In this document: one piece after another, positions 41,594-55,207 of the stretch
Position numbering within the stretch: the first letter of the stretch is position 1
How the letters are laid out: every line of letters begins with the position of its first letter
Source of the DNA: Balamuthia mandrillaris
Taxonomy: Eukaryota
Assembly (NCBI GenBank): GCA_031835245.2
Contig: JAVKOQ020000045.1
Location: forward strand, 124,001 to 188,000
DNA: 64,000 nt
Direction of reading: 5' to 3'
Position numbers and translations under genes: made by a program
Notes under the pieces: generated by a model
Database searches by the model: none
What the model saw: only the letters and a program-made list of their open reading frames with translations
What the model was told of the DNA's origin: nothing

Positions 41594-41944
41594 TCAACCG
41601 CCTATAACCACTTGGGTTTGGTCTTGGTAGCAGTTATCGCACACGCGAACGGGATTGCCGTAGCCATACTTGGGCAGCTGTAACTTGTTGGAACTGCAAT
41701 CGGCACAGAAAATCAAGCTGTCGTTTGCGTTCCAAACGAACGTGAGTTAACAGAACAAACAACAACAGATGTGTTCGAGAGAGAGGGTTTGAAAAAAACA
41801 AAAACAAAAGAAAGAAGAAACAACTGACCCACACTTTCTGCAGTGATGTCTGCGTTTCAGCAAGGAGAAAACAGCTTTGCAGCTGCTACACTTTTCGACC
41901 TCCTCATCCGCTACCCAAACAGGCGTGCTCTCTGTGCCGGTCAT
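41594..41944 (-). CDS. FYVE-finger-only mini-protein (about 75 aa, one intron)
   Basis: Exon 1 WVADEEVEKCSSCKAVFSLLKRRHHCRKCG; exon 2 LIFCADCS...PVRVCDNCY...VIGG*. The WxxD, RRHHCR and RVC signature is complete. Confidence 0.85.
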
Positions 41945-42000
41945 CTTTCGTGCGTGTTTTCCAACCCTCTCGCAGTAGCCTTCTTTTTTTTGTTGGACGA

Positions 42001-42148
42001 GACGACATGAAAACCTGTCTGCGCACGTCAGCCTGATAGAATGAAAAGAATGGCAACAATTCATGAAAGCTATTTCCTTTCCCTCAAGACGACATGATAT
42101 TCACTTTTGCGCACGTCAGCATGATAGAATGCAAAGAATGGCAACAAT
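42001..42148. repeat. Two-copy tandem duplication (87-bp period) in the divergent FYVE/DUF924 intergenic region
   Basis: GACGACATGA...TGCGCACGTCAGCMTGATAGAATGMAAAGAATGGCAACAAT at 42001 and 42088. Confidence 0.9.
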
Positions 42149-42271
42149 GCAGCATGGACAGGGAAGGTCTGCTTCCTGCGTTTACGTGAATGCCCCTTCC
42201 TTCATGGAAACCAACCGAGGAGAGAAGGAGAGAGCTGGCAAGAAAAAAAGAGAACTGAAACAAAAGGGAAC

Positions 42272-43291
42272 ATGAATGGCGAAGGAGACAAAGACGACGG
42301 CTCGATTGCTGGGGACGTATTGACCTACTGGTTTGGAGCTCAGTACTGGGCAAAGAGAGACCCTCCCAATCCAACCAGTTTGGTTCCCCTACCGTCTTAG
42401 CTTTTACGCTGGCCTAACCGTTGTTTGTGTCTAATGGCGCTAGCTCACTATGATGACCTTTGGAGGGAACGGTGGTTCGCTAAAGAGGAACTGACGAAGC
42501 AGGTTGATGACTATCTACGGTACTATAGTATACTCTTGGCAATCGCCACCAGCGCAACAACCTAACTTTTCTTTTTATCAGCCAAAAGTTTGGACCTTCT
42601 ATTGAAAGAGCCATCGCCGGTGACCTTGATGCTTGGAAGAACACAGGTACTGTTCCGCTTCTTCATTGCCAACCTTGTTGTTGGCGTTTTTTTGTTTTCT
42701 TGTTTTCTTCAATATCTTGTTGTTGTTGTCTTATGTTGTCTTATGTTGCTGTTGTTGTTGTTGTTGTTGTTGTTCTTCTTTTTCTTCTTCTTGTTCTTCT
42801 TGTTCTTCTTGTTCTTGTTCTTCTTCTTCTTCTTCTTCTTCTCGTTCTTGTTGTTGTTGTTGGTCTTGTGCTTCTTCTTCTTCTTCTTGTTCTTGTTCTT
42901 CTTCTCCTTCTTCTTTCTCTCCTTCCTCCTCCTCCACCTTCTATCTAATAGCTTTATTATTCCCTACCCAACAAAACAAGCTCACGAGTCATTAGCATTG
43001 ATAATATTACTGGTACATATCTCTTTCCTTTCTAACGATTGTATTTTTTACCTCATCATTCCCTTGGAACTACTAGGACCAGTTTACAAGAAACATATAC
43101 AGGGGTACAGCCAAAGCATGGTCGGGTGATGCTAGAGCCCTTTCTATTTGCTTGCATTGTATCAAAACAGGGTTAGATAAAGGTAAGGATGGTAGCGAAC
43201 AGTTACGTTTGTTATATTTGTTTTTTTGGAGGCCTAACTTATTCAAAAGAGCTTAAACCTGTGGCAAGGGCCATGCTTTACATGCCATTGC

Positions 43292-43337
<46 letters not shown>

Positions 43338-43646
43338 ATAGAATTAACAAACGAACAAACTCAGACATGCTGAAGACTTAGAGTTGCAACAACAGTCAGT
43401 GGCAGCATATGAAGATCTCTTGAGGGAGGCCAAACAGCGCTATCCAGGCCAATGCAGCATCCTCCAACGTTTTGTAGGGATTGCCCAAAGGTACAAACAA
43501 CCCACCTATCTTTCTCTCCTCAGTTCTTGTGTTAAAAAAAACAAAGGCATGAAAAAGTGACCCAGCTGTTTGGACGTTTTCCTGAACGAAACAAGTATCT
43601 CGGCAGACAGAGTACTGTGGAAGAGGAGGCTTATCTCTCCGGATAA
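42272..43646 (+). CDS. DUF924 family protein (about 8 short exons; not represented in the ORF track)
   Basis: Joined exons DVLTYWFG / RWFAKEE...VDDYLR / AIAGDLDAW / SLALIILL / DQFTRNIYRGTAKAW / MLYMPLL / HAEDLELQ / FGRFPERNKYLGRQSTVEEEAYL*. Confidence 0.9.
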
Positions 43647-43971
43647 AACCATTCTTGTTGTTGTTTTTTGGTTGAGCAGGAAAAATAAGAGAAAAACAAA
43701 ACGTGTCTTTCTGCGTGCAAAACACTGGAGTGGAGGAGCTTAATAAACACTGAATTACCTTCTTACATTCGTGGCTTTGCAACGGCTGGACCAAAGGGTG
43801 CCCAGCATTCCGCTTGCACAGCCGTCTTGTTGGAATGTTATGTATGCGTGTCGGCAGCATAGCTCCGTCTTCTCTCTTATTACCGGTGATTGGTCGGATA
43901 TCTGGACTAAACTTGTTGTTGGTGCTTGTTCTTGTTCCCCTCCTCCTCCTTCTCCTCCGCCGCATCGACGC

Positions 43972-44460
43972 ATGGATAGCCAGGCCAGTAAGACGGAAGT
44001 AGAGCAAAAAATCAAGGAAGTAAAGCAAATGATCCAGGAGGTAGAGGAGATAGTCCAGAGGACTAGGTTAGAGCAGAAAATACGGGCAGAGTTGGACGAG
44101 CACTTGCGCAGCGCGGCTACAGCCCTACTATCCTCCTTAATGCAGCAACAAGTAAAGTTGCATGCTCTTCTCAACACCCTCGCTGAAAGGCTGCAAGAAC
44201 ATGGTTCGCACCTTGCTCCTTGTTAAAGTTGACGCTCTACTTCTTCTCACCCACAACTTTTGTGCAGAGTTTCGCGAAAAACTATCGGAACTCACCGAGA
44301 GGGTCTCTCGCCTTGCCTCGTTGACGGCACCCGCAGAACGTATGTAATCCAGACTCTTTTTGTTTGCATTCTGTGCTGAAAGTGGAAGTGATGACTCTTC
44401 ACAGGAAGTTTTCCTACAGCCTTCGCCGATCGAATGGGCGGCTGCATAAAGCCTATGTAG
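43972..44460 (+). pseudogene. Short coiled-coil gene or gene fragment, paralogue of 6670-7261
   Basis: MDSQASKTEVEQKIKEVK...IRAELDEHLRSAATALLSSLMQQQVKLHALLNTLAERLQEH, then a GT-AG intron to EFREKLSELTERVSRL. Functional status unclear. Confidence 0.5.
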
Positions 44461-44533
44461 ACAAAAGAGCATAAGTGGAGATGAAAGAAAATGGAGTACA
44501 ACATTGTTTGCACGTTGCAGGTGATGTTGTGCC

Positions 44534-46332
44534 TCACTTTTTGCCGTTTTTCTTTTGTTTTTTAGCGTTCTTTTTGGATGCCGGTTGATCTTTGCCTGTT
44601 AGTTGTTGTTTCAGTCGGGCCAGCTCTATCTTGAGCAGCTCCAACTCTTCTTCCAGTTGCTTCGTGTTACAATCTTTGTCGATCGGCTCTGACTCCTCTT
44701 TCTCCTTCTCCTTCTGCTTCCTTTCCTTCTGTTCCTCCTTCTTGGTTGTTTCTGTTTCTTTTTCCTGTTGCGTCTTCCCGCCCCTCTTTTTCTTATCCTT
44801 CTTCTGTGGCGTTGTTTGTTGTGGCTTGTCGTTAGCTTTCTTCTTTGGGGGAAAAGTCTGGCTCATTCGGAGCAGCACTGTAGAAAAAGAACAGTCAAAA
44901 CTTCTCGCTTTCTCTTAAGGATAAGACGCAGATCGGTACCGATGTCTCTAATATATGCCATGTCTTCTTCTTCGTGCTTGTGCACAAGACCAATAGCAGT
45001 ATCGTTCAGCTCCAATATGTACTCTTGGTCGTCTTTTTCGCTGTGCAAAAAGTCCCTATTTCAACAACGTGCCTTTAGAAAGAGAGAAAAAAAAAAAAGA
45101 GAAAGCGACAGAAGGAGGATTCGTACAACGCACAAATATCAAGACCTCCAAAGAGCTGAGCGCATTCGTCGATCCATTGCTTGTAACGGGGAGTGAGTTC
45201 CATGTCCTCGATGACGCTCATGTTGCCAACATTCCCTTTCCAGTTTGGCGAAGTGCGACGAAAGACTCTGTAATGTGGTCCTATCTTTTGAACCCGTCCA
45301 TCCCAATCCCAATCTATAAATGGCTGCAGCAACCATTGTCAAAAAAGAACAGGAAGAAAGTGAGGTCGCGTATACCTCGACAGAGACATAGTCGCCATGC
45401 AAGGCACATAAGGAACGGAAGTCTTGAAACTCTCCCATATCTTTGACTCTCATCTTTCCATATCCTTTTGTGTAATGTTAAGAATGAGAGAGATAAAGAG
45501 ATGGAGAAACGACAACAGAGAAGAAAAAGAAGTCTACCAGCGTGGGCATGCCCTACTTTGCCAACCAAAGGACAGTCAGGAGCAATAATCATGTCTCTGT
45601 GACTGGAATACAACGTCTGCGGGATCAATGGAAACTCCTCCTTGCCCAACTTCTTTTGAATGGCTTTCAGTTGGCCAAACACCAAGGGTCGTTCCAGACA
45701 AAAGTATGCGCTCTCCAACGAGTTAACGCTTGGTACGTTCCCATGCATCAAAGTGAAGAGCTTTGTTCTGCTGTCTTGTCCCTTCGAAAGTCAAGAAAAC
45801 AGAAGCATCAGTTTGAGAGAACAGAGAAGGGAGAAAGAAAGGAAGAAAGATAACGGACTTTAATGCCGCGAGTAACGCTGTAATAATAGAGAAAGAAAGC
45901 AACTATGAGAACAAGAACGGAAAAACTTGAAAGGTGAAAAGTTTTCTGTGCACCTTCGCAGCAACACAAAGTCTACCTTCACCGTTCTTTCAGTCTCCTG
46001 AGTGGTCCCTTCCAACGGCTTTTTGGCCCTTCTCATCGTCACTATCACGCCAGAGTCGTCATAGGACACAACTCTACGTACGAGAAGAAGGAAACTCGTT
46101 TACAAGAACATAAAGGAGCACCAAGAAAAAGCCCAACAAGTCGAACAACAACCAGAAGAAGGGAAAAGACATACGTGAGGTCATCCCATTCGGCCTGTTC
46201 AACTCTAATTTCTTCTCCTTCCACATCGTGCTCTGCTTCCTCGCCGCGATGGTGATGCAACACAGCGCCCTCAAATACGTTATACCAGTTCAAGTGCGCA
46301 GAGCACTCCACCACCAGCAACGTCTTGACCAT
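44534..46332 (-). CDS. Synapsin-like ATP-grasp protein; spliced
   Basis: Motifs IRVEQAEWDDL, VDFVLLR, VPSVNSLESAY, FPLIPQTLY, KVGHAHAG, RVQKIGPHYR, NWKGNVG, WIDECAQLFGGLDICAL and EYILELNDTAIGL. Confidence 0.9.
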
Positions 46333-46466
46333 TCTCGTGCAACAGAGAGAACCTTGCGTTTGTTTCTTTCTTTCTTTATTGTTTTGTAAGTAAGTAATAA
46401 AGGTGCTTGCTTCGAAACTAATAGCTGTTCAGTGGCCTCATAGTGCTTACGGCATAAAACAAAGGG

Positions 46467-47621
46467 TTACTTCTTCAAGAGAGACACAATGGCCTCTGCT
46501 GTTGCTGTTGCTGAGGCTGGGTTCTGACCGGTCACCACGCGATCTATATGTTCATGTCGGAGAGTAGTGCTTAGAGACGGAAGACCGAGGGAACGAGAAC
46601 AGGGGAACGAGAACGATAAGCGAGTGAAGGTAGACAAACCAGATACTTCGACGTGACGACCCCAGTTTTCGGTGCAACGGAAGGTGGCTCCTCTTTCCTT
46701 GAGCTTGTCCTCAAGAAGGAAGGGCATGGCCTCGGTGAGGTTCACCGCCGCCTCTTCCGAGTTGGTAAAGCTGGTGACCACCTTGTCCTTCAGCAAGTAC
46801 TCTCCTGAGGATAGCTTGACCGGCACCAATCCCACTGGTCCGTGACACACCGCTCCTGTTGTTGTTGTTTTAAAAAGACACACACAAGAGAGAGGAAAAA
46901 AAAAGGGTCAGTTGAAGGTGCCCACCTTCTTTCTTTTGAGAGAATAAATAGCAAGAAAGAAGAGAAGGTACTGACCAACAACACCTCCGTTTTCGTAGAT
47001 GGCAGTGGCCAGTTTGGCAACTTGTTCGTCCTCTGGCAGATCAAACCTATATCATAGGCTCTATCATCTAGGACCTATTCTAGATGATAGAGCCAGTCAC
47101 GATACACCACACGCACTGAACGACAAACAGCGAGTGGGCGCACATACATAGGGCCATGGCCGCCCGCATAAAAGATGGCTTGAACCTTGCTGGGGTCTAT
47201 CTGAGAGGGGCTTTTAGTGTTTTGCAGCTCTGCTGTCACTTTGTCGTTCTTCAGGAAGTCGGTGGAGACGGGGTCGTCCTTGAAGGCCGTCACGCTGCCC
47301 TCATCCACTGGTGCCTTTCCTCCTTTTGGACTTTTTTAAGTTTTTTAACGTTTGGTTTGGTTTTTCAGTCTTTCTCATGAGAAAAAATTTAAAAAATGGA
47401 AGAAGAAGAAGAAGAAGAAGAAAAAGAAGAAAAAGAAGAAGAAGAAGAAGAAGAAGAAACCTCACAAAGACCACTTGGTAGCCATTGTCCACAAAGACTT
47501 TGTGGGGGTGAGCGACCTCAGGCAAGTACCATCCTGTTTGCTTGCCGGTGTTGCCCAGCTTGTCGTGGTTGGTCACCACGATGACCACCACCTTTCCTTC
47601 GTCGTTGCCTGCTCCTTCCAT
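46467..47621 (-). CDS. DJ-1/PfpI family protein (Hsp31-like glyoxalase III); spliced
   Basis: Motifs TGWYLPEVAHP, AIFYAGGHGPM, GAVCHGP, VTSFTNSEE, MPFLLED and VVTGQNPASA. Confidence 0.95.
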
Positions 47622-48166
47622 TCTTCTGGCCAGAGTGGTAGTTGTAGTAACTTGTTCTTGTTTTATTTATATATGGTGTGCTGGTGAAGAAGCAGTGGAT
47701 TAGCTTTTCCAGGTCCCATTATTTGGCTTTGGGTGGGGAAATTACGTCACCAGGGAAAATTTTGTCCAATAGGAAAATTCAAATATATTCCTAATTTCCC
47801 GATTGGTGAGATCTAAACTAATAGCGTTGTTTACCTATTAGAGACACAACTTTTGATTTTCTCATAGGTTTGGTGTACTGGCGAACGCAAGCCTCTCCCT
47901 CTCTTTTGTGTTTGTTCCGGTGTGGTGTTTGTACAGTTCTTCCCCTCGTTTTCGCAACGTGTCTCTTGGCCATTTGGCGATCCATTGTTCTCCACCTCCT
48001 TCTCCTCTCGAATTATCACCTCTTGGGTTGGTTGTGTTTTTGGGTGAAGACTTGGGAGGGTAGCATAGGTAAACAGTAAGAGCTGTTATTCTGTGTAGAT
48101 ACAAACAAAAGAGATACAAACATAGAAGATGAGGAAGAAACGATAACTTAATTGTTTGCGCCTTTG

Positions 48167-50149
<1,983 letters not shown>

Positions 50150-50386
50150 CTACTCTGTTTTTTGTAGCAGAGTTTCCGAAAACTAACCCTCAGGCGGAAC
50201 AATTACGGAGGATTCCAAGGAATGTCGGAAATTTGTAGAATTCGAGGCATCCGGGGAATTCTCATTTGACAGATTTGACAAAAAGAAGGAGGAGACATTG
50301 CTTGGCTTTCAAAGAACCACCCACCATACAGGGCCCCCCCCCAGGTAATAAGGAGGAGAGACGGTGGGGCAAAGGAAAAATAAAGA

Positions 50387-51550
50387 ATGCAACACAAATG
50401 CAAGAAGGAAAGGCTGCAGGCAGAAGAGGAGGTCCTGCCACCAGAAGAGCAGGCGGAGGGGAAAGAGCTGTTGAGAGCACCCAGACTGGAACGAAAAGAA
50501 AAGAAAGAGGATGAGAGCAGTGACACGGAGGAAGGAAAGGACTCGGAAGAGGACTCGACCGTCACCAAAGTGTTTGAAGGCAAAGACCCCATAGAACTGG
50601 CCACCAAGGTAAACTACTGGTTGAACCAACGCCAACACTCCCACTACGAACACATCAACACGGTCATCACCGTCAACCTCAAAGACAGGAAAGTACAAAC
50701 CAAGGAACCCCTCTGGAGCACCATCGAGCAGCGAGAGAGCGCCCTCCTGCTCGTCCTCTTCGCCAACCGGCACGAGGATCCCTTGCACTGCTTCCTGGCC
50801 TGCCTGCCCAAAGAGCTGGTTGTGCTCATCCTCGGTTTCCTCCCTCCTCTGGTTCCCAAATGGGTGGCCACCACCGCGACCCATGACTCCCTCCACATCT
50901 ACAACAACGGGCGAACGGTGGCCTCCACCGAAACCTTTGACAACTTTGCTTCTATCCTGACGAGCGTTACCAGAAAACCAGGGCAGAGCATGAGTTGGTA
51001 TTTCAGGTTTGACAAGACGGAGAATGGCAACATGGCGTTTGGCCTCCTGCCCTCCACCACGCTTTTAGAGAAGAACTACAGGCACAGTATTGGTTGGGAG
51101 AAGAATTACGGCTGGAGCTTCATGACGTTTAAGGGTAGAGCACACACTTTTCTTTTTTTCTCTCTCCTTTCTATTTGCCGTTTATTTATTCCTGTCTGTT
51201 TTCGTAACGCAGGGTATGGAAAGAAACGCTTCGAGACGGATCGTGAATGGGCAAACCCTTGGCCTTGTCCCGAAAACGGGGATGTTATAGGCATGCATCT
51301 CAACAAACAAAACGAGCTTAGCTACAGCAAGAACGGGGTCTCCTTGGGCGTGGCCTTCACCAACATCAACGTGGACGTGGTGGGAGGCATCAGCTTCGGC
51401 ACCGCCTTTCAAACAATCACCTTAGTTTCAGGGCCTACTTCCTCCACTCCAACTCTTGATCCCGCGTCTCCATCCAACGAGCTCATGAGCAGCATTTCGC
51501 TTTTTGCATCAACAACAGCAGGGGATGAGTCCATGATGGAAGGTCTTTAG
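50387..51550 (+). CDS. SPRY/B30.2 domain protein with an F-box-like helix
   Basis: LACLPKELVVLILGFL, then SPRY motifs NGRTV, MAFGL, GDVIGMHL and LSYSKNGVSLGVAFTNI. Confidence 0.75.
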   Translation: MQHKCKKERLQAEEEVLPPEEQAEGKELLRAPRLERKEKKEDESSDTEEGKDSEEDSTVTKVFEGKDPIELATKVNYWLNQRQHSHYEHINTVITVNLKDRKVQTKEPLWSTIEQRESALLLVLFANRHEDPLHCFLACLPKELVVLILGFLPPLVPKWVATTATHDSLHIYNNGRTVASTETFDNFASILTSVTRKPGQSMSWYFRFDKTENGNMAFGLLPSTTLLEKNYRHSIGWEKNYGWSFMTFKGRAHTFLFFSLLSICRLFIPVCFRNAGYGKKRFETDREWANPWPCPENGDVIGMHLNKQNELSYSKNGVSLGVAFTNINVDVVGGISFGTAFQTITLVSGPTSSTPTLDPASPSNELMSSISLFASTTAGDESMMEGL

Positions 51551-51896
51551 CGAGGGAGTATGAGCGCAAACTGGCCGACAATAAATGCCCACCGAACCCT
51601 AAGGAGCATGTGGTTGATTCCCACCAATGTCTCCCGTTGGACACCCGAAAGCTATTCCAATAGTAGAAGTCCCCTCGAGTACTCTTTTCTCTCCCCAAAC
51701 GCTCTTTGCCTTTGAGGGAAGTTTCGCGTGGAATAACGGAAAAACTCGCTGAACAAAGAGACAACAAGTGGAGGTCAACAACTGCAGTGGTGCTGACCAC
51801 TTGTCTCTGCATCACCACGACGTCATGATAGCATATTGCAAAAAAAAAAAAACCTCAAAAAAAACAACAAAACAAAAAGAGAGAAAAGCAGAAAAA

Positions 51897-52548
51897 ATGC
51901 AGCAAACGGCGAGTAGTGTAACGCGTGGTTCGCGTGTGGCGCAGTGGCTTGGTAGGCAGCCCAACGGATTCGCTCTTGCAAAGAGAAACACCTTCTCGTG
52001 CTTACAATGGTCCACAAGGCGCAATGGCCTACGAACCGCTACCACCACCACAATCAATCGTCCCTCGTCGTCCCTCTGCGCTCCCTCTGCCACCACCTCT
52101 CCTGGTCTTTCTCTGCTCCCACACGCCTCCTCCATGCTTCCAACGGGTGGTGCGAGGTCTTATTCCACCAGCGAGTACCGCCCGCCGGTAACTGAATTCA
52201 CTGAGGAGGAAGAAATGCTGCGCGCCACTGTTGCACAATTTGCCAGGGAGAAGCTTCAACCCAAAGTCAAAGAGTTTGTGCTTTCTTGTGTCTTGGGCTC
52301 TTTTCTTTCTTGCTTGCTTTCTTTCTAACCCTGGAATAGAATGGACGCCAAGGCAGAGCTTGACAAAGATGTGTTGAAGGCGTTGTTCGAGCAAGGATTG
52401 ATGGGTATAGAGACCCCAACTGAAATGGGTGGCGCTGGAATGGGCTTCACCGCAGCCTGCATCGTTATCGAGGAACTGGCTAAAGTGGATCCCGCCATTT
52501 CTGTCATCGTGGATGTTCAGGTATAGTATTGTTTGGGCCGCTTCTCTT

Positions 52549-52579
<31 letters not shown>

Positions 52580-54168
52580 GCTCGCTTTCTATTTTCCTCA
52601 CTTCCTTCAATGTCGTTTCTTCTGTATGTATTTTGCTCTCTTTCTCATCCTTTTGGAAACATGAAGAACACTTTGGTGAATACCTGTTTGAGAAAGTATG
52701 CCAGCGAGGAACTGAAACAAGAGTGGCTTCCCCGACTGGCAACCGACACTCTTGGCAGTTTCTGTTTGAGGTACTTTCTTTTGCCATAACCTTTGAAGCT
52801 CCGCTAACTTTTCAACACAACAAAGTGAATGGTCTTGTGGAACAGACGCTTTTGCTCTGACAACAAAAGCCAATCAAGATGGAGACCACTATATCCTAAA
52901 CGGCACCAAAGCATGGATCACCAACGCCAAGGAAGCTGGTGTGTTCGTGGTGATGGCAACAGTAGATCCGAGCAAAGGAAGACATGGAATCACCGCGTTC
53001 TTGGTAGAGAGAGACAATCCAGGCCTGATTATTGGAAAGAAGGAGGATAAACTCGGCATTCGTGCCTCTTCTACCTGCGAGGTGATATTGCAGGATTGTA
53101 AAGTCCACAAGAAAAATATCATTGGCGAGATAGGCAAGGGATGGAAGCTTGCTATTGAGAGTTTGAACGAAGGTCGAATTGGAATTGGTAAGAGGTCTCC
53201 TCATCCTCTTCTCTCCTTTTTTTTTCCTTTATCTTATTTCTTCTGAACTTATTATTTTTGCTTTTAGGAGCACAAATGCTAGGATTGGCTGAGGTAAATC
53301 AAACAAGCTATTTATTGAACCATTACATATGAACAATGAAACTAAGTTGTCGTTTTGCCTTTATTACAGGGAGCGTTTGACTATGTCATGCAATACATTA
53401 ACCAACGCAAAGCATTCGGCAAACATGTTAGCGAGTTCCAAGGTGTACAGTTCCAAGTAGCTTCTGCAGCTGCTGGTACTTTGCTCTGCTCCCACTCTCT
53501 GCCTCTTTCTCTGGCCAGTCTTTTCTCTAACATTCTATTATTGACAGACATTCTGGCCGCCAGACTTCTTGTTTATAAGTAAGCCCTTCCACCATGCTAC
53601 CTACTGTTCTCCTTCTCCTCCTTCTTGTTCTTCTACATCTTAATTTTTTTTTGATTGCTCTTCGATTGTGGCTTATCAAAACCCTTATGTTTCCTTTCGC
53701 TTCTCTCTCTCTCTCTCTCACCAACGCAAAAGCGCTGCTCGTCTACAAGAAGCAGGCAAGCCATGTCTACTGGACGCATCTGTTGCAAAGCTTAGAGCTT
53801 CTGAACTTGCGGAGAGCGTGAGCAGTCTTGCCATCAAGTGCGTATTTGCTGCGTCCAGCTCCTGTTTGCTTGCATCTTACATGGTTTTCACTGACGACTG
53901 TTGCTTTTGTTCTTGTTGCTTATCTAACGTACCAAAGTTTGATGGGTGGATTGGGCTTCACTAAAGAATGTGACGTTGAGAAGTTCTTCCGTGACAGCAA
54001 GATTGGCCAAATCTACGGTACCCATCTCTGCTTTTTTCTCTTTTCTTGTTTGTTTTCTTCATGCTGTTTTGACTGAATATTCGTGAACCTCCACAACAAA
54101 CAGAGGGAACATCCAACATACAGTTGCAGACAATCGCCAAACAGTTGCAACAGAAATACCAACCATGA
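51897..54168 (+). CDS. ACADSB: Short/branched-chain acyl-CoA dehydrogenase, mitochondrial; spliced
   Basis: Arg/Ser-rich presequence, then [62 protein letters not shown] and [11 protein letters not shown]. Confidence 0.93.
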
Positions 54169-54203
54169 AAAGAGTGCAAGTCAAACAATAAAACAGCATT
54201 CAT

Positions 54204-55085
54204 TCATTCAAACTTTTTTCTTCTTCCGCGCCAATGGTCCAACCCTAGTTGCTTCTCTCGCAGCTGTATCTTGGCGGCCCAAGATGGATGAATGGCATAT
54301 CCAATGTTTGCTCTTCTCTTCTTCTTTTTCTTCTTTTTCTTTTTCTTCGGCTCTGTCTCTGTGCCTGTCTTTAATTTTGATGGTTCTTTCGATAGTAAAG
54401 CTTGTTGTGTTTTTCTGTTTGTCCGTTCTCCTTCTTCCTCTCTTTCTCGTTCGCGAATGGGTGCTGATGTTGTAGCTGATTGTCGTCTTCGTTCGCGTGG
54501 CGTTGGAGGCAAGGAGCCGTTTTGTGTGGTCTTTGGTTTCTGTTTAGGGATAGAAGGAGAAGAAGCCGAAGACGAAGAAGGCCTACGTCGAGGAGGAGCA
54601 AGAACTGGGGCATCAGGGTTTTTGAGGCTCCCGATGAACATCGACTCAAAAGAAGCAAGACTGCTTCTCCTTTGTTGCTGTGGTTGCGGTTTATTGCTCT
54701 TTTCTTCTGTCGTCCTTTTCGCAGCGTTCCGTCGAACCGGCCCTGCAGCTTCACGGGAGGTAATGGGGCGTTTTTGTGTGAGGCTCTCTTTTCGCTTCCA
54801 TGCTTTCAGATCATCCACCGAAATGTTTCGCAAGATCCCAGACAAGGCCACTGATCTGTCGTTCTTCGTCTTGCTTGCTGAGGTGTTGTTGGTTTGCTTT
54901 TCAGCAGACCGAAGGCCTACGCCTTGTGCGCCTGTCCTCCGCGGACGCTTTTGAGGGGGCGTAGATAGCTTTGCCGCTGCACCGGCGGTCGTGAGCCTGC
55001 CAACAGCTGGTCGGTCTGTTTCCTCCCCAAAGGCAGCGGAGCGCTTGCGTTTGCCTCCGCTGTGCTCCCTTCCTGCTTGCCTCAT
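54204..55085 (-). CDS. Basic low-complexity protein ending in a BUD22/SRFBP1-like C-terminal motif
   Basis: C-terminus IHPSWAAKIQLREKQ...WRGRRKKFE resembles the LHPSWxAK...FxGKKIxF motif. Confidence 0.6.
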   Translation of the reverse strand: MRQAGREHSGGKRKRSAAFGEETDRPAVGRLTTAGAAAKLSTPPQKRPRRTGAQGVGLRSAEKQTNNTSASKTKNDRSVALSGILRNISVDDLKAWKRKESLTQKRPITSREAAGPVRRNAAKRTTEEKSNKPQPQQQRRSSLASFESMFIGSLKNPDAPVLAPPRRRPSSSSASSPSIPKQKPKTTQNGSLPPTPRERRRQSATTSAPIREREREEEGERTNRKTQQALLSKEPSKLKTGTETEPKKKKKKKKKKRRANIGYAIHPSWAAKIQLREKQLGLDHWRGRRKKFE

Positions 55086-55207
55086 TTCGGGCTACGCTTT
55101 TTTCTTTTTGGTTTGGAGGAACACAATGACTGCAGGTTTTGTTCACAGAACGTGCAGCGTTTTATACGCCGACAGATAGGAGCGTAGACGTGAGATATGT
55201 ATATATA

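Noticed and set aside
42590..43129. Long ORFs of poly-L/F/C/S/E in several frames
   Set aside because: They are read-throughs of a (TTG/TTC)n tract inside a DUF924 intron.
47831..48119. Short ORFs between DDX41 and DJ-1/PfpI
   Set aside because: No recognisable motif or convincing gene structure.
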